Shown here piece after piece: positions 1-4,554 of a stretch of DNA of 8,177 bases (position 1 is the stretch's first letter; the number at the start of each line of letters is the position of its first letter). The notes below the pieces were generated by a model. The model did not search any database and was not told the origin of the DNA. It was given only the letters and a program-made list of their open reading frames with translations. The translations under genes were made by a program, and so were the position numbers. The DNA is from an uncultured bacterium (GTDB lineage: Bacteria > Cyanobacteriota > Cyanobacteriia > Cyanobacteriales > Coleofasciculaceae), in the NCBI GenBank assembly GCA_965364435.1, contig CBDTXL010000188.1, forward strand, positions 1 through 8,177. The letters run 5' to 3'.

Positions 1-1523
1 CGATTATCATTCGCAACAGTCGGTTTGAGAGCAATCGTGCGGCCGGAAATGGGGGAGGGCTGTTTCTGCTGACTTATCCTGAGGACAACACGCTCATTGC
101 AGATACCACGATTATCAATAATGAGGTAATTAAGGACAACAGACCAGAAGCCAAAGGCGGCGGGGTCTTTGCTGGCTTGGGGGAGTTGACAATCAAAAAC
201 ACCACCTTTGCCAACAATAAGGCTCATGAGCAGGGCGGTGGCTTATACGTTGATGGACCATCGCCGATCAAGATTACTAACAGTACCTTTTCTGGCAACA
301 AGGCGCAGGACAGTAGTAACAATGGTAAGGGCGGAGGGATTGCTATCAAGCATTGGACTTGGGAAACCGATGCAAAGATCGTCAACACGACCTTTGCCAA
401 TAATTACGCTGCTAGTGAGGCTGGGGCGATTCAGGCGGGCAATCTGCACGTCAAGGTCAAAAATTCGATTTTTTACAAGAACACAGCGGGGAATTCACAG
501 CAGATTAAGCAACAGACTAACAAGCAATTAACCGACGAAGGGAACAATCTCCAATATCCGAATAAACTCACCAATAACTCCAGCGACGGGAATGTCACGG
601 CGACGATCACTATCGCTGACCCTAGGCTGGGTCCCTTACAAGATCATGGTGGCTCCACCTTAACTCATGCCCTGCTTGCGGGTAGCCCTGCCATTAATGC
701 AGGCACCTCCACAGGTGCCCCAACCACTGACGAGCGGGGCTACAACCGGGACTCCCGCCCTGACATCGGTGCTTATGAATATGGGGCGACAGGCCCGCTC
801 AGAGCTTCTGTAGTCGGGGCGCTAAGCCTGAGCAGCAATGAGCCATCCCTAGCAGCGGCAGAGCAGCAACCAGTCGCTAATGAGCCAGCCTCGCCATCGA
901 CAGGACAGCAAGGGGAGCAGCAACCAGTCGCTAATGAGCCAGCCTCGCCATCGACAGGACAGCAAGGGGAGCAGCAACAAGTCGCTAATGAGCCAGCCCC
1001 GGCAGCGACAGGACAGCAAGGGGAGCAGCAACAAGTCGCTAATGAGCCAGCCCCGGCAGCGATAGAGCAGCCAGAAAAGGGGGAATTCCTCGATTTGAGA
1101 GACTTCACCGGTCAGGTGCAAGCTGAGTTTGTGGTTAATCGGGATGCGGCGTATGCTAATACCTTTGGTTTTTATGCAGTTGATGATGCTACAGGTCGTA
1201 TTGACAATCTCAATCCCGGTGACTCAGGTTATGCAGAAGCTGCTATCCGTGAACGGGTAGATTTAAGCACAGGTTACCTGCCAGGTGGTAACCTGTTGGC
1301 TCCGTTTCTAGTTGCTGATGCCACCCCAGAGGAATTCTTGGCTAAGAATCCTGATAATCAGACGGGTAAAGGCCCGTTCGCCTACTTTGCTTTCTTGGGA
1401 GCTAACCCCGATGGAGCTGATCACGTCAACTTGTCGGGGGACAAAACGTTTGGCTTTGAGGATGTGTTCGGTGGCGGAGACCTCGACCATAACGATTTAG
1501 TTGTACAAGTTAAGTTGACCTAG
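1..1523 (+). CDS. 5'-partial surface or secreted right-handed parallel beta-helix repeat protein, with a Pro/Gln/Glu-rich 18-aa tandem-repeat linker and a C-terminal DUF4114-like domain
   Basis: Frame +3 is open from nt 3 to the TAG at 1521-1523. The tracked start (TTG 177) is internal: the upstream translation (IIIRNSRFESNRAAGNGGGLFLLTYPEDNTLIADTTIINNEV...) continues the same ~22-25 aa unit 'I.N(S/T).F..N.A...GGG(L/I)' typical of parallel beta-helix proteins. 'RLGPLQDHGGSTLTHALLAGSPAINAG..TDERGYNR..RPDIGAYEY' resembles the conserved C-terminal cap of choice-of-anchor-Q / CSLREA-type beta-helix proteins. The C-terminal ~140 aa, ending 'FGFEDVFGGGDLDHNDLVVQVKL', fits the DUF4114 signature as I remember it. 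Not searched. Confidence 0.85.
   Translation, partial: IIIRNSRFESNRAAGNGGGLFLLTYPEDNTLIADTTIINNEVIKDNRPEAKGGGVFAGLGELTIKNTTFANNKAHEQGGGLYVDGPSPIKITNSTFSGNKAQDSSNNGKGGGIAIKHWTWETDAKIVNTTFANNYAASEAGAIQAGNLHVKVKNSIFYKNTAGNSQQIKQQTNKQLTDEGNNLQYPNKLTNNSSDGNVTATITIADPRLGPLQDHGGSTLTHALLAGSPAINAGTSTGAPTTDERGYNRDSRPDIGAYEYGATGPLRASVVGALSLSSNEPSLAAAEQQPVANEPASPSTGQQGEQQPVANEPASPSTGQQGEQQQVANEPAPAATGQQGEQQQVANEPAPAAIEQPEKGEFLDLRDFTGQVQAEFVVNRDAAYANTFGFYAVDDATGRIDNLNPGDSGYAEAAIRERVDLSTGYLPGGNLLAPFLVADATPEEFLAKNPDNQTGKGPFAYFAFLGANPDGADHVNLSGDKTFGFEDVFGGGDLDHNDLVVQVKLT
861..1076 (+). repeat. 54-bp (18-aa) in-frame tandem repeat, about 4 copies, encoding EQQ(P/Q)VANEPA(SPS/PAA)TGQQG
   Basis: Copies 861-914 and 915-968 are identical. 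Copy 969-1022 differs from them at a few positions (caacCag->caacAag; tcgccatcg->ccggcagcg). Copy 1023-1076 matches copy 3 for ~41 nt and then degenerates. This gives an AABB' pattern. The repeat also explains the three shadow ORFs at 773-1121. Confidence 0.95.
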
Positions 1524-1590
1524 AGCGCCAGTCCATTACTTGGTGTTGACAAAAGCGACAGAGTGGGGATACCTATAAGCCCCTCGCTTA

Positions 1591-1657
1591 GGGCGAAGCA
1601 TTCGGGGAGCAATTTATCGCGATCGCCTTCAATTTTCTGCTCCGTTTGCTTCGTCCC
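1591..1657. terminator. Long imperfect stem-loop between convergent genes; possibly a bidirectional terminator or a small structured or repeat element
   Basis: GGGCGAAGCATTCGGGGAGC (1591-1610) is an imperfect reverse complement of GCTCCGTTTGCTTCGTCCC (1639-1657). The outer part pairs GGG + CGAAGCA with TGCTTCG + CCC (10 bp, one bulged T). The inner part pairs GGAGC with GCTCC. The 28-nt loop contains a HIP1 site (1619-1626). On the plus strand a U-rich tract (ATATTTTGCCTCTTTTGTC) follows, but only after ~10 nt. No U-run follows on the minus strand. Terminator function is therefore uncertain. Confidence 0.25.
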
Positions 1658-1712
1658 TACATACTGCATATTTTGCCTCTTTTGTCAAAAAAAATTACTC
1701 GAAGCAACAGAG

Positions 1713-2633
1713 CTACCAATTCAGGTATACAGATGAACCCAGATTTTCATCATCTGAACCTACAATCACACCGCCAGTTTGCCCTGGTACAAGTTCAATT
1801 GCCTCGACTTTGTGGTATTTGAAGCGATACAGAGGAACAAGTTGGGAATTTTGCCGGAATGTTATCTGCTGATCACGAATCTCAAACGCACCTGCAACAT
1901 ACACAGCAGATTCAAATGGGCCGTCATCCCCGTTGTCAGTTGCTGAAGTGATGAAAAGAATCCCTGCTGGGTCTACTTTAAGATCTGAAATGTGGCGAAC
2001 AGCTGAAACAGGCCAGGGCACTTCTAGTCTGGCGGAACCAATTTGAGTGATTTGGTAAGTGTTCAGGTCAAGCCGTCCCCAGTAAACTATAGCTGGCTGT
2101 TTGTCTTCCCCCCGGTGTGCCCAAACTGCCAGTAACTGACCGTTGATTTTTTGCAAGGCAAATCCTTCAAAATTACTTTCCTGGGGGATATTAGGTAAAT
2201 CAAATACCTTGAGAATTGAGATGTTGTGGTTTGTTGCCCCTAGGCGAAAGTGATAGACTTTTCCCCCACTGGTGGCAGCCATGAAAGCTGGTTCAGATGA
2301 TTCTGGGACGGCTGTTAGGGACTCTAGATCAAGGGGCAAAGCGGTGCCACTAGGCCAGTTCACTGGGAAATATTGAGGTGACTGTTCACCCTTGATGGTG
2401 ACGATTGCCAGACGCCCCTGACCTTTTCCTTTATTGTCATGAACAATCAGAAAAGAATGGGAACCGCTTGGCTGCTCAAGCAGAGCCATGCCACTGATTC
2501 CGAACTGTATGCCACCCCGCACGGGACGCCACTGTTGCGAAAGAACAGACTGGGGCATCAGAAAAAATGCTGCCCAAGCGACTAGTGAAGCTCGACAAAG
2601 GTTTTTCAGCAGTTTGCTTAGCGTAGTAGGCAT
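1713..2633 (-). CDS. Exported hypothetical protein with a Sec-type signal peptide; possibly a beta-propeller-like fold distantly resembling the phytase-like / SdiA-regulated families
   Basis: Long ORF ending at TAG (1713-1715). The tracked start at 2657 is TTG. The first ATG (2633-2631) gives MPTTLSKLLKNLCRASLVAWAAFFLMPQSVLS|QQW, with a basic n-region, a hydrophobic core and a small-residue cleavage region. Beta-rich composition. The motifs 'SNFEGFAL' and 'GGVIVGSDDENLG' recall propeller families carrying an 'N.GFEGLA' motif. The fold assignment is weak and from memory only. Confidence 0.7.
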   Translation of the reverse strand: MPTTLSKLLKNLCRASLVAWAAFFLMPQSVLSQQWRPVRGGIQFGISGMALLEQPSGSHSFLIVHDNKGKGQGRLAIVTIKGEQSPQYFPVNWPSGTALPLDLESLTAVPESSEPAFMAATSGGKVYHFRLGATNHNISILKVFDLPNIPQESNFEGFALQKINGQLLAVWAHRGEDKQPAIVYWGRLDLNTYQITQIGSARLEVPWPVSAVRHISDLKVDPAGILFITSATDNGDDGPFESAVYVAGAFEIRDQQITFRQNSQLVPLYRFKYHKVEAIELVPGQTGGVIVGSDDENLGSSVYLNW

Positions 2634-2698
2634 CCGGAGTATAACTTGGCGGCTCAACTCATTGGCAGAATGAGGTTAGTTGAGCAACGTCAGGAAGT

Positions 2699-3697
2699 CT
2701 AAGTCCAAGCACGGAAGAAGGTGTTATCTTGCCAGCTGGCAGCTGTGCGTTGCTCAATCTGTGCTAAGGATGCCTCATTAAGTGGCTGGAATGCTCGTGC
2801 TACTTCCACATTGGACTCTAACTGAGCGACGCTTTCAGCAGCAATGATGCAACAATGCACTCCAGGCTGGGAGAGAGTATATCCCATTGCTTGGTGCATC
2901 CCATCCAGAACTCCTGGTTTGAACAAACGCCCATAGGCTGGGACTTTCATGGCTATGACGCCGACTCCCTTCTGACGTGCTACTGGCAGCACGGTGGGAA
3001 TGAAGGGACGCGGATGATGTTTGTCTGCGGCGTTGATGCAAATGAGGGTGGTGTCGAAGGGATATCGACGCAACCCTTCTGCGATAATATCTGGCTCGTG
3101 ATGACCGCTAATGCCAGCAAAGCGAATGAGTTTCTGTGCTTTGGCTTCTTCTAAAGCTTTTGCGGCTCCGTCTTTACTAAAGATTTTGTCCAGTTCTTCC
3201 TTAAAGGAGACGTGGTGAAGTTGCCAGAGATCGAGGTAGTCGGTGTTGAGGCGTTTTAGCGATCGCTCCAACTCCTTCCATACTCCATCGCGATCGCGTT
3301 CTGCTGTCTTACTTGCCAAAAATACCTTCTCTCGGTGCGATGGCAGTACTTTCCCCAAATAATCTTCACTTGGTCCATAACTAGATGCTGTATCAAAGTA
3401 GCGGATACCCAATTCCAAAGCACGTTGGATAATCGCTACGGCATCCCGTTCGCGGTTCTCCCAGGATAACGGCGTTTGCCCTGCACCCCCTAAACCGAAG
3501 ATTGGCACACGGACACCAGTGTTGCCTAACTCTCGTTCTGGCATGGCTGTTGTGCTTGGCGGCTGGTTTGTTGTTACTGATGGTTGGTCTTTTGAAGCAG
3601 AGGTGAGATTTTGTGTCAACGCTGCACCTCCGATAATTCCACCAGCAACAGCAACACTCGTCGTCAAAAAAGTGCGTCTTGTTGTTTTTCGATTCAT
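2699..3697 (-). CDS. Aldo/keto reductase family oxidoreductase with an N-terminal twin-arginine (Tat) signal peptide
   Basis: ATG at 3697. A GGAG on the coding strand (complement of 3707-3710) lies 9 nt upstream. The N-terminus MNRKTTRRTFLTTSVAVAGGIIGGAALT has the T-R-R-x-F-L Tat motif plus a hydrophobic region. It is followed by a Ser/Thr/Pro/Gln linker and then a canonical AKR core: 'LGNTGVRVPIFGLGG', 'RYFDTASSYG' (catalytic Asp/Tyr), 'VFLASK' (Lys) and 'DYLDLWQLHH' (His). Confidence 0.9.
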   Translation of the reverse strand: MNRKTTRRTFLTTSVAVAGGIIGGAALTQNLTSASKDQPSVTTNQPPSTTAMPERELGNTGVRVPIFGLGGAGQTPLSWENRERDAVAIIQRALELGIRYFDTASSYGPSEDYLGKVLPSHREKVFLASKTAERDRDGVWKELERSLKRLNTDYLDLWQLHHVSFKEELDKIFSKDGAAKALEEAKAQKLIRFAGISGHHEPDIIAEGLRRYPFDTTLICINAADKHHPRPFIPTVLPVARQKGVGVIAMKVPAYGRLFKPGVLDGMHQAMGYTLSQPGVHCCIIAAESVAQLESNVEVARAFQPLNEASLAQIEQRTAASWQDNTFFRAWT

Positions 3698-3935
3698 ATG
3701 CTACTGCTCCGCTTCTTCTTTCATTTTGCTTACAGAATTAAAAAAAGAAAGCCCACCCGGAAATTAATTCCGCGCTAATCAATTAAGTCCATTAAAATGG
3801 AATGAAATTCATGTATAGTCAGCATTTAGTTCTCTTGAAAGGACTTTAGCTATTAGCCTTTGGATTTGAATCCCTAGCGGGTAATTACGCCAGTCTAAGA
3901 TGTCAGATTGACAAGTTCATCTCCATAGCGACGTA

Positions 3936-3965
3936 TTGAGTCCGTATGTTATTCGTTGATATATC
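3936..3965 (+). promoter_or_regulatory. Candidate sigma70-type promoter with an extended -10 element for the 4000.. gene
   Basis: TTGAGT (3936-3941), an 18-nt spacer, then TG-a-TATATC (TG 3957-3958, hexamer 3960-3965). This would place the TSS near 3972, about 27 nt upstream of the ATG at 4000. It is a motif match only. The perfect TTGACA at 3908-3913 has no acceptable -10 at 16-19 nt. Confidence 0.25.
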
Positions 3966-3999
3966 GTTGTAAAAATCAGCGACTTCCCCGGATTATTTT

Positions 4000-4440
4000 A
4001 TGGACCCTGCAACATTGTCTGCGGCAGCGATCGCTACTTTGGTCATCACAAAAGCGTTTGAGAAGACTGGTGAAGTGCTTGGGGAAAAGGCACTGGAGCA
4101 AGGCGGAAAGTTGGTAAGATTGCTGAAAGAGCGATTTCCCAAGGCAGATTCGGCACTTGCGCGGGTGGAGGAGAAACCGGAAGATTGGGGAGAAGCGGTT
4201 CTGGAAGTTGAAGCGGCGGCTAAGGCAGATCCTGAAGTGGCAGAAGCGGTTCAGGAGGTAGCGACGGCGGCGAAGGAAAACGCGAATGCCGAGATTGTGC
4301 AAAAACTCCAAGCGATAGAAGATGCAATAAAGGCTCAACAACCCACCACTAAACAGGAATTTGGTAAAGTGGCAGAGGTAGTTGAAAAAGCCGTTTTTGG
4401 CAATACCTTCCGGGATTTTAGTGGTGGCGTTCACTTTTGA
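4000..4440 (+). CDS. 146-aa all-helical, Glu/Ala/Lys-rich protein with a hydrophobic N-terminal helix. It reads as the detached N-terminal (putative effector or adaptor) domain of the downstream NB-ARC/TPR protein
   Basis: ATG 4000 is the first start after the in-frame TAA at 3970-3972. MDPATLSAAAIATLVIT is an uncharged hydrophobic segment. It is followed by amphipathic, acidic helical sequence (KAFEKTGEVLGEKALEQGGKLVRLLKERF ... DPEVAEAVQEVATAAKENANAEIVQKLQAIEDAIKAQ). The protein ends FGNTFRDFSGGVHF-TGA (4438-4440). It shares the frame and the G-ending codon style of the NB-ARC region downstream. The antisense 152-aa ORF is Arg/Cys/Phe/Leu-rich and looks like a shadow ORF. Confidence 0.7.
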   Translation: MDPATLSAAAIATLVITKAFEKTGEVLGEKALEQGGKLVRLLKERFPKADSALARVEEKPEDWGEAVLEVEAAAKADPEVAEAVQEVATAAKENANAEIVQKLQAIEDAIKAQQPTTKQEFGKVAEVVEKAVFGNTFRDFSGGVHF

Positions 4441-4554
4441 CTGAACTCGCCCGAACCGGAACGGGTAAAGTTAAATCCACCACAAAATCTTCCCCGTAGC
4501 GGTGTTGTTAAGTTTGTCGGACGGGAAGAGATACTCGATACTTTACACCAGCAG

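Noticed and set aside
773-1121. Three overlapping ORFs (773-1108 -, 849-1121 -, 880-1065 +) with repetitive translations
   Set aside because: They are artefacts of the 54-bp tandem repeat, which keeps several frames open. The frame-3 plus-strand reading continues into conserved domains on both sides.
2488-3767. Plus-strand ORFs (2488-2673, 2855-3154, 3519-3767) and the minus-strand ORF 2835-3041
   Set aside because: All are embedded in, or antisense to, the AKR and exported-protein CDSs, whose translations carry clear family motifs. None has independent support.
3862-3873. GGATTTGAATCC, resembling a tRNA T-arm (GGTTCGAATCC) and so possibly a tRNA fragment or att-site remnant in the 300-bp divergent intergenic region
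   Set aside because: It can form only a 4-bp stem with a 4-nt loop. On neither strand could I build an acceptor, D or anticodon arm from the flanking sequence.
3908-3913. Perfect -35 consensus TTGACA upstream of the 4000.. gene
   Set aside because: No acceptable -10 hexamer lies 16-19 nt downstream (ACGTAT/CGTATT). The TTGAGT/TGaTATATC pair at 3936-3965 is a better, though still weak, candidate.
3976-4434. 152-aa minus-strand ORF antisense to the 4000-4440 ORF
   Set aside because: Its translation is Arg/Cys/Phe/Leu-rich and low in complexity, which is typical of a shadow ORF opposite a GAA/GCG/AAG-rich coding strand. The plus-strand frame is contiguous with the NB-ARC frame and shares its codon style.
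4438-4470. TGA at 4438 read as a selenocysteine codon
   Set aside because: The only stem directly downstream is a weak 4-bp one (CCCG 4450-4453 / CGGG 4462-4465), nothing like a bacterial SECIS hairpin. The position is a linker between domains, not a redox active site.
4396-4554. Two-gene 'Bell protein + NLR' amyloid-signalling (BASS-type) architecture, in which the C-terminus of the small protein and the N-terminus of the NLR share a short amyloid motif
   Set aside because: The C-terminus of the 146-aa ORF (KVAEVVEKAVFGNTFRDFSGGVHF) and the sequence after the stop (LNSPEPERVKLNPPQNLPRSG) share no repeated motif. The downstream part also has no start codon. A single interrupted gene explains the data better.
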